A stretch of DNA of 63,996 nucleotides, counting the filler, from an uncultured Methanosarcinales archaeon (GTDB taxonomy: Archaea > Nanobdellota > Nanobdellia > Woesearchaeales > JAGLXL01): assembly GCA_964472345.1 (NCBI GenBank). It is 7 parts of 7 records of this genome, joined end to end, with 100 filler letters (N's around TTAATTAATTAA, not from the genome) between each part and the next. Parts side by side here need not be neighbours in the genome. Positions count along the whole stretch, not along the records: positions 29,930 to 39,440 come from CAYYLB010000050.1; positions 39,541 to 48,981 come from CAYYLB010000051.1; 5 more parts are not named here. The stretch is one strand, 5' to 3'. Every line of letters starts with the position of its first letter. Within the stretch, counting starts at the first letter, position 1. Shown here piece by piece: positions 37,467-47,620 of this stretch. A program made the position numbers and the translations under genes. The notes beneath the pieces were generated by a model, which had not been told where the DNA came from, searched no databases, and was given only the letters and a program-made list of their open reading frames with translations.

Positions 37467-38891
37467 ATGGTTTCGCGCGAACGAAAGTACCTGTGGCTCT
37501 GCGTTGCATTCATCCTTGTAGCAGCTCTTCTGCGCATCGCTTTTGTTTCATCGGAAGCGTTGTGGGGCGATGAGGTCTTCACGCTCCGCTTCGTTTCCGG
37601 CAGCTTTGGCGAGGTGCTTGGCAAGACCGTCCACGACGTGCATCCTCCGCTTTATTTCCTGCTGATGCGCGGCTGGGTGGGGGTTGCGGGCACGAGTGCT
37701 GCGGCATTGCGCGCGCCATCGGTGCTCTTCGGCCTTGCTGCGCTTGCAGTCTTTTACCTGCTGTGCCGGCGCCTGCAGCTGCCTGCGCTTCCGGGAACCG
37801 CGCTCTTCGCGCTCTCGCTGTCCGGCCTGGTCTATTCGCATGAGGCGCGCTCCTATACCCTGCTGCTGCTCCTCGCGCTGAGCATGTGGCTCTTTCTTGC
37901 AGGGATCATCGCCAGGCAGCGTGGCTACGCGCTGTACAGCCTCTCTGCCGCGCTGCTGCTCTATACCCATGTCGAGGGGCTGCTTGCGTTCGCGCTCACC
38001 GTTGCATTTGCCGTCTTTTCCTTCCCGCGGAAAGTATTCCTGGAGAAGCGGTTCATCGCCGCGACGGCTGCTCCCGTCCTGCTGTTCGCGCCGTGGCTGC
38101 CCGCGTTCTTCATCCAAATCAGGGATTTCCTGCCGCTGCTGCTCGAACGCCTGGCGCTTAATACTGGCGGGAGGGTAACACCTTCGCTTTTTTGGGCCGC
38201 TTTTGGCGCCGCGGCGCTTTTCGGTGCGGTGCTGCTCGCCTGGAAAGTATGGCGGGGAGATGGCTTTTCGCTGCTGAGGTGGTACCGGCAGCTCGCGGAG
38301 ATGATTCGGCTCCATCTGTGGCCGTTCCTCGCGGCCTGGGCTGCGCTGCTCATCGCCGCCTACAGCTTATTCGCCGCCACCAACCCTTTCGTCCGCTACT
38401 CCCTCTTCCTGCTCCCCGTCGTGTATCTCTTCGTCGCCGGCACTGTGGCAAGGAGAAAGGCGGCCGCGGTGGTCCTTATGCTCTTCTCCCTCAGCCTGCT
38501 CATCGTCAACGTCACGAGTGTCGACCGCTTCGACTGGAAGCACGCCGTTCCCTACGCACTTTCCTTCCACAGCGGCGACACGCTCTACGGCCTTGAGCGC
38601 GCCGGCACGTCGCACTTCCTCTTTGCATACTACGCCCGCGGGCAGGTGCCGGACATCGAGCGGTTCATGCTCAGGCTCCGTGTGGCGAACCTTGAGGGGC
38701 CTGATACATTTTATCCTGCCGGGCAGCTCGAGCCGGGCAAGCGGTACGTACTCGTCCTCTCAAAGCTCAAGGGAGAGCCGAGCTTCTACGAGCCCTATTT
38801 AAGAACGACGCACACGCTGCTCGCAGAGAAGGATTTCGCAGATGTGCGGGTGGTCGTGTTTGAGCCGCGGGCCAGCCCATCTGCCGGATGA
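37467..38891 (+). CDS. GT-C/PMT-like (family 39/83-like) glycosyltransferase
   Basis: LWGDE, DVHPPLYF, LRAPS, YSHEARSY, LYTH. Confidence 0.85.
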   Translation: MVSRERKYLWLCVAFILVAALLRIAFVSSEALWGDEVFTLRFVSGSFGEVLGKTVHDVHPPLYFLLMRGWVGVAGTSAAALRAPSVLFGLAALAVFYLLCRRLQLPALPGTALFALSLSGLVYSHEARSYTLLLLLALSMWLFLAGIIARQRGYALYSLSAALLLYTHVEGLLAFALTVAFAVFSFPRKVFLEKRFIAATAAPVLLFAPWLPAFFIQIRDFLPLLLERLALNTGGRVTPSLFWAAFGAAALFGAVLLAWKVWRGDGFSLLRWYRQLAEMIRLHLWPFLAAWAALLIAAYSLFAATNPFVRYSLFLLPVVYLFVAGTVARRKAAAVVLMLFSLSLLIVNVTSVDRFDWKHAVPYALSFHSGDTLYGLERAGTSHFLFAYYARGQVPDIERFMLRLRVANLEGPDTFYPAGQLEPGKRYVLVLSKLKGEPSFYEPYLRTTHTLLAEKDFADVRVVVFEPRASPSAG

Positions 38892-39009
38892 ACGTTTCCT
38901 GCTGTACCCTCGCATCACGGGTGACTGCGCCTTCTTTGCTTTGCGGCCACCCCATTTTTTGCCGCGGCCAAGAATCTTGCGCAGTCTGAGCGAAGCCCGT
39001 GCAGCCCGC

Positions 39010-39440
39010 TCAATGCGGATGATTGTATTCTCCCGATAAGATGATTTCCCTGGCTTCTGCAGCGTTGCGGGGCCGTGGATGCCGGTCCGTTTCGCCGGTA
39101 TAAACTGCATTGCCCGTGAGGCTCAATGAAATATGCCCTTTTTCGTTTGTCATGCCCCGGAACAGGCCGCGTCCGCACGTGCAGGCATAGAATTTTTTGA
39201 AACTTGCTGAGGCACCTAAACAGTACGCGTAATTATGTATTCCGCCTGGCACCATCTCATTTGCCCCTGCCTTTTTCCAAGTGATTCCGCCGTCAGTAGT
39301 CTCAACTACATTCTCTCCATGATGGCCAACGACGAGATGATCTGGATTGTTTGGATCAATTAAAACATTTTCATAATTAGGCATGTGGCCAAAATTATAT
39401 AACCATCCCAAAAAGGTTTCTTCACTTCCTCCACCTTCAT
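39010..39440 (-). CDS. Asp-box/beta-propeller protein, 5' truncated
   Basis: IDPNNPDHL, ETTDGGITW, TCGRGLF. Confidence 0.7.
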
Positions 39441-39540
39441 NNNNNNNNNNNNNNNNNNNNNNNNNNNNNNNNNNNNNNNNNNNNTTAATTAATTAANNNN
39501 NNNNNNNNNNNNNNNNNNNNNNNNNNNNNNNNNNNNNNNN
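39441..39540. other. artificial contig linker
   Basis: N-run with TTAATTAATTAA. Confidence 0.98.
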
Positions 39541-39542
39541 TC

Positions 39543-40175
39543 TGGACATCCATATTTGCAGGCGAGACTGCGACCGTCACCGCAACCAACACCGGCACGG
39601 TAACAGGCGTCGAAGACCTCAGCTTCAGCCTGGATCGCACGCGCTCGGGCGTTGTCGTCGAGGTGCGCTCTGCGACTGTTTCACAGCTGCCGGCGGGGGC
39701 TCCAAAGCCCGCTGCCAATGTGTACAGCTACATCGAGATCAAAGCGTCCGGAATCGAGAGCAGCGACCTCTCGGCAGCGGAAATGACATTCACCGTCCCG
39801 AAGGCCTGGCTCATCGAGCATGGTGCGACCCGCGAGGATGTTGCGCTCCACCGCCTTGTCGGCACCGAGTGGACGGCGCTTCCGACACGTGCGTTCACTG
39901 AAACGGCAACGGGTGTGACATTCAAGGCGACGCTGCCCGGCTTCAGCTTCTTTGCGATTGCGCTGAAGGGAGCTACTGCGGCTGTCCAGCCAGCGCCAAG
40001 CCCGACGCCTACGGAGCAGCCTGCGCCGGCCCCGACGGAAGCGCCTCAGGAGCCAACGAGGGCAATGGCGGAGAAGCCTTCGGCCAAGTCGAAGACGGGC
40101 ACGATTGCGCTGGTTGTCGTGCTGGTCATCGTCGTGCTGGCGGTGCTCATCTACATGATGCAGCGGAAGAAGTAG
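39543..40175 (+). CDS. PGF-pre-PGF domain surface protein, 5' truncated
   Basis: VYSYIEI, FTVPKAW, WTALPT, LPGFSFFAI, Pro/Thr linker, C-terminal TM and basic tail. Confidence 0.85.
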   Translation, partial: WTSIFAGETATVTATNTGTVTGVEDLSFSLDRTRSGVVVEVRSATVSQLPAGAPKPAANVYSYIEIKASGIESSDLSAAEMTFTVPKAWLIEHGATREDVALHRLVGTEWTALPTRAFTETATGVTFKATLPGFSFFAIALKGATAAVQPAPSPTPTEQPAPAPTEAPQEPTRAMAEKPSAKSKTGTIALVVVLVIVVLAVLIYMMQRKK

Positions 40176-40245
40176 GCTTTTTCAGCTTCTTTTTCAATTA
40201 ATTTTCTTCAGTTTCTTCTTCATTCCATTATTATACTGAGCATTC

Positions 40246-40569
40246 TCATCTTATTCTACCACTATTCTGCGGCTGCCACACCATTCTTTCACCGTCCCTT
40301 ATCGTGATGGTATGGGGCGTTTCGATGAGATAGGATGCGTTACGCTGCGCAGCATAGTAGGAGAACGGCCTGAGGCGCGTGCTCTCGATGACGCGCCTGC
40401 TGCTGTCAAGGAAGAGCAGGGTGAGGGGGAAGAAGACGAACCAGCTGTGGATGCGCATACGGCGCGGCCTGCGGAAGACAAAGAGGAGCGTCCGCCTGCG
40501 GGAGAACATGAGGCCGATGGCCTGGCTCAGGGGGGTTGCGCATATGCGGTCAACGGCAATCTTCTTCAT
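40246..40569 (-). CDS. DUF192 family protein
   Basis: GLMF, LLFVF, IHSWFVFFPL..LFLD, YLIE. Confidence 0.8.
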   Translation of the reverse strand: MKKIAVDRICATPLSQAIGLMFSRRRTLLFVFRRPRRMRIHSWFVFFPLTLLFLDSSRRVIESTRLRPFSYYAAQRNASYLIETPHTITIRDGERMVWQPQNSGRIR

Positions 40570-40717
40570 TCAGTCACCATCTCCTTCAATGTAATCCTCT
40601 CCTGGCCCTCTTNNNNNNNNNNNNNNNNNNNNNNNNNNNNNNNNNNNNNNNNNNNNNNNNNNNNNNNNNNNNNNNNNNNNNNNNNNNNNNNNNNNNNNNN
40701 NNNNNNNNNNNNCCCCA

Positions 40718-41635
40718 TCAGCCAGCCCTATCCTGATCAATCAGGCGATTAACAATCGGCCTGACCAGGTCGCTTTCGAGCGCAAAGCCAATGCTCTCAA
40801 GCCGCGAGGCTTTCAACGTGTTCACGCCGATCACATCTCCTGCGGCGTTCACCAGCGGGCCGCCGGAGTTGCCTGGGTTGATGGGGGCATCGAGCTGGAT
40901 ATAGGTGTTGCCGCTTGCGTCTTCCCTGCCAACGGCGCTGACGATGCCCTGAGTGACCGTGAAGTCGAGCCCGCCGGGGTTGCCTACGGCAATGACCTTC
41001 TCGCCGACACGGACGGCGCCCGAATCGCCGAAGCGCAGGCGCGTGAGGCCGCTGGCGTTGATCTTCATGACCGCGATGTCCGCGTTCCGGTCGAAGCCCA
41101 CCAGGCGGACGCGGTGCGTATCCCCGTCAGACGTCGTGACGCCGGCGGCCGTCGCGCCCTGCACGACATGGTAATTCGTGACGATGTAGCCCTCGCGCTC
41201 GATGATAAAGCCGCTTCCGCTGCCCGTGTCGGTGCGGATGCTGACGACCGCCGGGATCACCTGCTCGATAATCGCGGAGAAGTCCTCGTTTTGCAGCTTG
41301 AGGCTGGCGATGGTCTCTTCGAGCTGGGCGACCTGCTGCTCGCTCTGGGTGCGCAGCGTGTCGAGCTCGCCGCTGAGGCTCTTGATGGCAGATTCCTTCT
41401 TTTCGAGCTCGATGTTCAAGCCGGAAACAGCAGCCTGGAGCGCCTCTTCAAGCCGGCTGATCTGCCCATCGAGCTGCTGCTGCAGTGCGGTGAGCTGCTG
41501 CCCGAGCTGCGCGGCCTGGGACGCAAGGAGCTGGCGCGTCTCCGCTGTCTTGTAGTCCTGGTACAGCACGAGGCCGGCCACGGCGAGCAGGATGACCACG
41601 GCGTAGAGCAGGTGCTGCCGCATCTCCTTCTTCAT
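40718..41635 (-). CDS. membrane-anchored trypsin-like (HtrA-type) serine protease with coiled-coil stalk
   Basis: TNYHVV, DIAV, INPGNSGGPL; no PDZ domain. Confidence 0.92.
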   Translation of the reverse strand: MKKEMRQHLLYAVVILLAVAGLVLYQDYKTAETRQLLASQAAQLGQQLTALQQQLDGQISRLEEALQAAVSGLNIELEKKESAIKSLSGELDTLRTQSEQQVAQLEETIASLKLQNEDFSAIIEQVIPAVVSIRTDTGSGSGFIIEREGYIVTNYHVVQGATAAGVTTSDGDTHRVRLVGFDRNADIAVMKINASGLTRLRFGDSGAVRVGEKVIAVGNPGGLDFTVTQGIVSAVGREDASGNTYIQLDAPINPGNSGGPLVNAAGDVIGVNTLKASRLESIGFALESDLVRPIVNRLIDQDRAG

Positions 41636-41875
41636 GTGCCCGGAGAAGGCTGCCTGTTTTAAATAGGTTCGTTTTTCATGGGTTGTTTTTCTCCTGCATG
41701 TTTTTTGCCCACTGCTCCGCGCCAGCTTGTTCCGCGTGATTTCCTCCCGGAAAGCCTGCTGGCGCTTGTGCGCGTCGCGGGTCGTTGCGAAATCCCATCT
41801 TTGCTTCTTGTAAGAATAGAAACCTTTTTATATTATTGGTCATTTTTCTAACCATCTGGTCAAATAATTAACCAA

Positions 41876-42421
41876 GTGGCCAACATGGATGAATTATTCA
41901 AAAACAACACCTACAAAATACTTGAACTTTTTATAGAATTTCCGACCAAAGACTTTTCTGTGAGAGGCCTTGCCCGAAACCTGAAGATTAGCCACGCCAC
42001 CGTATTAAAATACATTGCTGATCTTGAAAAACTAGGCTTTATCAAAAAGAAAGAAGCAACTCTTTACCCCACTTATTTTGCGAATACTGAAAATCAAAAA
42101 TACAAATTCTATAAAAGAAATGGGCTTATTTTCAAAATTAATGAATCCGGACTTGTGAATCGCATCCAAAAAGAAGCTTTACCCTCATCCATCATCCTTT
42201 TCGGCAGCGGAGCAAAAGCGACTTTTACCGAAAAGAGCGACGTCGATATTTTTGTAGAAGCCAACCAAACAACATTCGATCTCACCAACTATGAGAAAAA
42301 ACTACATCGTAAGATTAACCTCCTCTTTGAGCAAAACATCAATCATCTCTCTAAAGAATTGCGGAACAATATTATTAATGGTGTTGCTTTATATGGTTTT
42401 ATCAAAATCAATAGAGGCTGA
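41876..42421 (+). CDS. wHTH plus MNT antitoxin-like protein
   Basis: wHTH; FGSGAKATFTEKSDVDIF. Confidence 0.88.
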   Translation: MANMDELFKNNTYKILELFIEFPTKDFSVRGLARNLKISHATVLKYIADLEKLGFIKKKEATLYPTYFANTENQKYKFYKRNGLIFKINESGLVNRIQKEALPSSIILFGSGAKATFTEKSDVDIFVEANQTTFDLTNYEKKLHRKINLLFEQNINHLSKELRNNIINGVALYGFIKINRG

Positions 42422-42423
42422 CG

Positions 42424-42843
42424 ATGGCAAACGAAATGAACTGGAAAGAATGTGTTGATGAGGGAATAATCACTCAAACAGTTCCTGATGAAGAGCGATC
42501 GAATCAAATGCTATCAATGGCAAATCTTCGGTTGAAATTCTTGGATACGAAAGTAGCAGACGAATTTATTGTCTTGAAGGTGGAGGCTTATTATGACATT
42601 ATCAAAGAGCTTCTTTTTGCTCATCTCTACAAGAATGGTTACAACTGCACAAATCATCTTTGCCTTATTGCCTATCTCAGAGAGAAGATTAAAGACTTTG
42701 ATTTTGAAATCCAAAAAATAGACGAGCTACGAAAAGTACGAAACGAAATCAATTACAGGGGATTAACCATCAAGAAAGATTATCTTGAAAGAAACGAATT
42801 GGAGTTCAAGAATATCATTAAAAGACTGAGCGAAGAACTGTGA
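42424..42843 (+). CDS. HEPN domain protein
   Basis: YYDIIKEL, NHLCLIAYL, RNEINY (Rx4Y). Confidence 0.82.
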   Translation: MANEMNWKECVDEGIITQTVPDEERSNQMLSMANLRLKFLDTKVADEFIVLKVEAYYDIIKELLFAHLYKNGYNCTNHLCLIAYLREKIKDFDFEIQKIDELRKVRNEINYRGLTIKKDYLERNELEFKNIIKRLSEEL

Positions 42844-43029
42844 AAATAACGCCTTCTCCCGTTTAATTCAGAAGTGCAAAAGATTGAAAGCAAAATCGCC
42901 ATGCCGAACCTCCCTGCTTCGGAAATGGGGGTAGGGGGAGCATGGGAGCATTCGCGCCAGCGCTGTCTTTCGCAACAACCCTTGCCTCCCAGAAATGTTT
43001 ATAAAGTTGCTTGGCGCGTTCCGGAGCAC

Positions 43030-43116
43030 AGCCCCGTAGTGTAGCGGACAAGCATAGGGGACTTTGGCGTGATCCGGAGATATCCCTTGACGCAGGTTCG
43101 AATCCTGCCGGGGCTA
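43030..43116 (+). tRNA. tRNA-Gln(TTG) with a 14-nt canonical intron
   Basis: AGCCCCG/CGGGGCT acceptor, GGGGA/TCCCT anticodon stem, GCAGG-TTCGAAT-CCTGC. Confidence 0.92.
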
Positions 43117-43118
43117 CT

Positions 43119-43295
43119 TCATTTCGAGATGTTGAGGCGCTGCTGCGCGCGGCTCTTTCTCCAGCTCTCGTCCACCCAGAAGCCGAAGATGCCCTTGTCC
43201 GTATGGCGCTCGGCGAGATAGTAGGTGCGGCCGCCCATCCGCCTGGTCAGATCCTCGCGGACGACGATCCTGCCCTCCTCGAGCCAGTCCTCCAT
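43119..43295 (-). CDS. 58-aa hypothetical protein (below the ORF-track cutoff)
   Basis: MEDWLEEGRIVVREDLTRRMGGRTYYLAERHTDKGIFGFWVDESWRKSRAQQRLNISK; backbone-like GC3, TATA-like box upstream. Confidence 0.6.
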   Translation of the reverse strand: MEDWLEEGRIVVREDLTRRMGGRTYYLAERHTDKGIFGFWVDESWRKSRAQQRLNISK

Positions 43296-43398
43296 CCCAG
43301 GGGCTACGGCGGCGGATTATTTAAGCTTTAAGGAAAAGAAATGGCCCACCGCACTGTAGCAGAACGCACAAACGTTCCATTATTCATGCGTTCTGCTC

Positions 43399-43602
43399 CT
43401 ACTTCCTGCTGATATAATAAATCATGTACAGCGCAGAGAGGCCGACAAGCGCGTACAGGGCCCGCGCGATGAGGCCGTTGCCCAGCAGCGTGCTCACCAC
43501 ATTCAGGTTTGCGAGCCCCACAAGCCCCCAGTTCAGTCCGCCGATCACGACCAGGACGAGCGCGACCGTTTCCCAGACATTCCTTTTTGCCAATGGAATC
43601 AC
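43399..43602 (-). CDS. DUF378 small membrane protein
   Basis: LVVIGGLNWGLVG...YALVGLSALY. Confidence 0.88.
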   Translation of the reverse strand: MIPLAKRNVWETVALVLVVIGGLNWGLVGLANLNVVSTLLGNGLIARALYALVGLSALYMIYYISRK

Positions 43603-43658
43603 CTCAAACAGCTTGATGGATGGATAGGGCGGTGTGCTTAAAAAGGTTTCTGGGAAAA

Positions 43659-43930
43659 GGCGTTATTGAAAAGTTCCCGTTCGCTATGCGGAAAAGTGCG
43701 CTTTTCCTGAGCTCGTACCGAGTCCGAGCCGCTCGACCTGATTGTCCTTCGGACTCGAGTCGAGCTGGAGCCTGGCAGGCGTCCCGCTTACGCCGGCACG
43801 GAGAACGTGCAGCGTCCTCCTGAGCCTCGTACCGAGTCCGAGGCGCACACTGGCCGTCCGCAGAAGTGCGCTTCTGGGACCCAAATCACTGCGGTGATTT
43901 TAGGGCATTGGCGAACTTTTCAATAACGCC
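43659..43930. mobile_element. MITE, IS1595-family-like
   Basis: Perfect 18-bp TIR GGCGTTATTGAAAAGTTC; perfect 8-bp TSD TGGGAAAA (43651-43658, 43931-43938). Confidence 0.92.
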
Positions 43931-44122
43931 TGGGAAAAGATGGTGCAGGCGCAGAAAAGAAGTCCACGGGGAGGTTCACGGTGCGCCCGCACACAAGCAT
44001 GAAGAGGTCACCGGGGCAGGGACGAGTCAGCAAGCGCGATTTCCCAGATCCGGTTGAGCAGGTGGTCAGTCCGGCTCATCGGCTGCCGTATCCCGAACCA
44101 GCCGCAGACAGTGCGGGACTGC

Positions 44123-44494
44123 TTATGATTGTGCATGCGCACCATAGTGCATCACCTCCGTTTGAGCGCGCGCGGCGCTTGAGCGCGGATAGAGTGGTGA
44201 TTCCTTGCTGACGTACATCATAAATTGCTCGCATCCCTTGTAGCCACTGCCATAGTTGCCCCACACCATCCGCGGTTTGATTGAGACGAGGATGCCGCCA
44301 TAAGCATCGCCGAAGTGGACACGCCGGCCACTCTCAGTCTTATAGAATGGCCCGCGCTCACCTTCGAACACATCACGGAGCATTCCATCCACCAAAATGG
44401 GTGTTCCCAGTTGATGCGCCCGGGGTGCCCGTGCAGCGATTCGTTCAAGCCTAAGCGGTGAATCCTGCGCCATTGGTGGTGGTTGCTCTTTCAT
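44123..44494 (-). CDS. hypothetical protein
   Basis: ORF from ATG 44494, sharing a divergent TATA region with the regulator. Confidence 0.55.
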   Translation of the reverse strand: MKEQPPPMAQDSPLRLERIAARAPRAHQLGTPILVDGMLRDVFEGERGPFYKTESGRRVHFGDAYGGILVSIKPRMVWGNYGSGYKGCEQFMMYVSKESPLYPRSSAARAQTEVMHYGAHAQS

Positions 44495-44567
44495 GTTGGG
44501 AATAAGAGCACAAAGCTTATATATACTTTCCGTACTTACACCCATTAAAGAACGTTTAGTATATACA

Positions 44568-45425
44568 ATGGACATCCGCCGCCTCGTCAAGTCAGGAGCC
44601 GCTTCGCATACCCTCGCGCTTCCGATCGCCTGGATCCAGAAAAACAGGCTGAAGAAAGGGGATCTGCTCTCCGTCACCGAGCAGGACAACAGGCTCGTGA
44701 TCAGCACGGCGACCGATCAGCCCGCCGAGCAGAAGGCCGTCACGATCGAGCTTGAGAAAAAAGATATCGGCACCGTCCGCCGCGAGACGATTGCAGCCTA
44801 CCTGAACAACGCGACGGTCTTCACCTTCACCGGAGACATCACCGCGCTCCTGCCGGAGATAAAAAAGGTTCTCGATAACTTCCTTGCGCTCGAGATCATC
44901 GAGCAGACGCCCAAGCGCCTCGTGGCGAAGGACTTCCTCAACCTCAGGGAGTTCTCCCCGCCCACCATCGTCCGCCGCATGGACATGCTCGTCCGCTCCA
45001 TGCTTGATGATGTCACGCAAAAGCAGGCCGCTGCGCTCGAGCTGACCGATTATGAGGTGGACAAGCTCTACTTCCTCATCTCGCGCCTCTTCCGCGCAAC
45101 GCTTGCGCAGGCAGGCAGCAGCAGCCTCGGGCTCTTCAGCCAGTGGTGGCTTGCCAAGAACCTCGAGAACATCGCCGATGCCGCAAAGAACCTCGCTCCG
45201 CACATGACCAAAGAAACCGCGAAGCACCTCGCAAGCGCACGCGCCTATTACCTCGACTGCGCAGCCGCCTACTTCAAGGGCGACAAGCGCGCTGCCGACC
45301 AGCTCATGGCAGCGCGCGCCGACCGCATCAGGGAATTTGACACCATCACCTCACATGGCCGCGAGCTGCTCAAGCAGATGGTCAACACGTCGAGAAACAT
45401 CGCGAAGAGCGTGGTGGATAATTAG
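44568..45425 (+). CDS. AbrB-PhoU phosphate uptake regulator-like protein
   Basis: RRLVKSGAASHTLALPIAW AbrB domain; DYEVDKLY and LENIAD PhoU-like helices. Confidence 0.82.
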   Translation: MDIRRLVKSGAASHTLALPIAWIQKNRLKKGDLLSVTEQDNRLVISTATDQPAEQKAVTIELEKKDIGTVRRETIAAYLNNATVFTFTGDITALLPEIKKVLDNFLALEIIEQTPKRLVAKDFLNLREFSPPTIVRRMDMLVRSMLDDVTQKQAAALELTDYEVDKLYFLISRLFRATLAQAGSSSLGLFSQWWLAKNLENIADAAKNLAPHMTKETAKHLASARAYYLDCAAAYFKGDKRAADQLMAARADRIREFDTITSHGRELLKQMVNTSRNIAKSVVDN

Positions 45426-45799
45426 CGTTTCTTCATCTGCCGGAACGTCTCCTCGATATCAATCATGTACTTCCCTTCGCCAACGCGCACGATCACCGGG
45501 TCTTTCTTGAACAGGTGCACGAGGTCGATCTCATACTTCCCCGGCTGCGCAACATGGATGCTCTCGAAGTCCAGCACCACCGGCCGCTCCTCATCCGCCT
45601 GCACGTCAACGAGATCGAAGACGTCCCGCTCAATCTGCTTCTTTTCTTCGTCAGAAAGCGCACTGACCATGCTCCGCGCGTCATCGAGATGCTTCTGCCT
45701 GATGAAGAAGAACAGCCGCGCGCCGCACGGACAGCCTTTCAGGATCTCCTGCGCGCCGTCGCCATACATCATGCTGCAGCGCACGCACTGGTGGGGCAT
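45422..45799 (-). CDS. oapC: Zn-ribbon protein (DUF2072)
   Basis: MPHQCVRC...ILKGCPCG...FFF; GKYEIDL. Confidence 0.85.
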   Translation of the reverse strand: MPHQCVRCSMMYGDGAQEILKGCPCGARLFFFIRQKHLDDARSMVSALSDEEKKQIERDVFDLVDVQADEERPVVLDFESIHVAQPGKYEIDLVHLFKKDPVIVRVGEGKYMIDIEETFRQMKKR

Positions 45800-45800
45800 C

Positions 45801-46193
45801 TCAGCTCCGCCGGCGCGTCCGTCTGCGCGCCTCGTGCGTCGAAAGCTCGATGCTGTTGGGGTTCTTCCTGATGGCCTTCACCACGCTTGCAGGGCCGATG
45901 ACCGTGATCCCCTGGCGGTTGCCCAGCAGCACGCTTGCGAGCCCGTACTTCAGCCGCTGCATGCCGCCCAGGTCAGCAAGCTGGGGATCAATCACCGCGA
46001 GCTCGATGCCTTTGAACCGTTCACCGATTTCCTCCATCGTGATCTCAATCAGGTCAGCCTCCTCCTGCTTGGTAAGCCTGCCTTCGAGCAGCACGATCTT
46101 GTTCTGCTTCACGATGTTCAGGAGCTTGTTCACGCGCTTGGCGCTGCTCAGCTCGTCAATCTCATGATAGGGGACAAAGTTGAACGTCACCAT
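45801..46193 (-). CDS. oapB: DUF2073 protein
   Basis: IVLLEGRL..QEEADLIEITM, FKGIEL, TVIGPA. Confidence 0.85.
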   Translation of the reverse strand: MVTFNFVPYHEIDELSSAKRVNKLLNIVKQNKIVLLEGRLTKQEEADLIEITMEEIGERFKGIELAVIDPQLADLGGMQRLKYGLASVLLGNRQGITVIGPASVVKAIRKNPNSIELSTHEARRRTRRRS

Positions 46194-46229
46194 TGCCCCT
46201 CACCAGCCGAACGGACAGATTCCATGTGC

Positions 46230-46865
46230 TCACCGGACGAGCTTGAACAGATGCTCGTAAAACTGCTCGACATTTGCGCCCTTCCGCGCGCTGATCCCGA
46301 CGACCTGGTACTGCGGGAATGCCGCCTCCACGCGCTGCACCCTCGCGCGCCGCAGGTCGGTCTTGTTCGCGACAATCAGCACGGGGATGTCCCGCGCCTG
46401 CAGGTTGCCGACAATCGTGATATTGACCTGCGAATAAGGATCCTGCGTCGCGTCCAGCACCACGGCGACCGCATCCATCTGGTCAAGCCATTTGATCGCC
46501 TCGATCACGCCCTTGGTCGCCTCCTTGGCGCGCTTCTTTGCCACCGACTCCTTCAGCCCGCGCCTGATGAAGTCCTCATAATCGATTTTGGTCGCGATGC
46601 CCGGCGTGTCGACGAGCGAGAAGCTGAGCTGCTTCCCCCGCTTGTTCTTGATCGAAACTTCTTCCTTCAGCAGGATCTCCCGCGTCTCGTGGGGAATGTT
46701 CGAGACGACCGACATCTCCTCACCAAGCCAGTCCTGGCAGATGCGGTTGGCAAGGGTCGACTTCCCGGCGTTCGGAGGGCCATACAGGCCGAGCTTGACG
46801 TGGTTCCGGTTGCGAAAGATGTTGCGGAAAAGGCGGTTGAACAGATGCGTGACGAGATTTGCCAT
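46230..46865 (-). CDS. oapA: Era-like GTP-binding protein
   Basis: GPPNAGKSTLANRI, PHETR, DTPG, ANKTD, ISA. Confidence 0.88.
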   Translation of the reverse strand: MANLVTHLFNRLFRNIFRNRNHVKLGLYGPPNAGKSTLANRICQDWLGEEMSVVSNIPHETREILLKEEVSIKNKRGKQLSFSLVDTPGIATKIDYEDFIRRGLKESVAKKRAKEATKGVIEAIKWLDQMDAVAVVLDATQDPYSQVNITIVGNLQARDIPVLIVANKTDLRRARVQRVEAAFPQYQVVGISARKGANVEQFYEHLFKLVR

Positions 46866-47003
46866 GACTCCCTCATCCCGAAGTGCCTGCTGGCGAGTAT
46901 ATAAAGATTTCGGGGGTGCCGCGCGGGGAAAAAAGCTGCTGGCAACGTGAGCGCAGCCGTAAAACCAGAACCTTTTTTAAACCCCGCGAGCTTCCCACGG
47001 CGC

Positions 47004-47570
47004 ATGCACGACGAGGTACGGAAGGACATCCTTGCCATCCTGCAGCGCGCGAACGAGATCCTTGAGCAGCGCGAGCCGAAGGATGTCATCGAGCTCAGGG
47101 GGCTCAGCGACCACACCCTGCATGATATCTCCACCTATCAGGACATTGACGCCGTGCAGATCGCGGTGCTCATCTATGCCCTGTACAAGCTCCTCGAGCG
47201 GGGCTCGCCATTCTCTGATGCAAGCTGCCAGCGGCTGCGGAAGGCCATGCAGGACGCCTACGCATCGCTGCTCGCCGGCAAGCTCGGCACCTACAACGAG
47301 CAGGTCGAGCTGATGTTCGCGCTCATCAGGAAAATCGACGAGCGCATGCGCACCTACCTTGACGAGGTGCTCGACAAGGCGCGCATCACGAAAGGCAGCA
47401 GGCTCTTCGAGCATGGGCTGAGCGCCAAGCGCGCCGCGGAGATCATGGGCGTGAGCGAGTGGGAGCTCATCAATTACACCGGCAAGACCAGGATTGCCGA
47501 CCGGCAGCCCGCAGGCATCACGACCAAGCGACGGCTGGCGCACGCGCTGAAGCTTTTTGGGGTCTCATGA
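47004..47570 (+). CDS. hypothetical protein with C-terminal HTH
   Basis: HGLSAKRAAEIMGVSEWEL; backbone codon usage. Confidence 0.75.
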   Translation: MHDEVRKDILAILQRANEILEQREPKDVIELRGLSDHTLHDISTYQDIDAVQIAVLIYALYKLLERGSPFSDASCQRLRKAMQDAYASLLAGKLGTYNEQVELMFALIRKIDERMRTYLDEVLDKARITKGSRLFEHGLSAKRAAEIMGVSEWELINYTGKTRIADRQPAGITTKRRLAHALKLFGVS

Positions 47571-47620
47571 AATGAAAATCCCAATCACCGCAAGCGGTGG
47601 GATACCAACCCAGTGAACAA

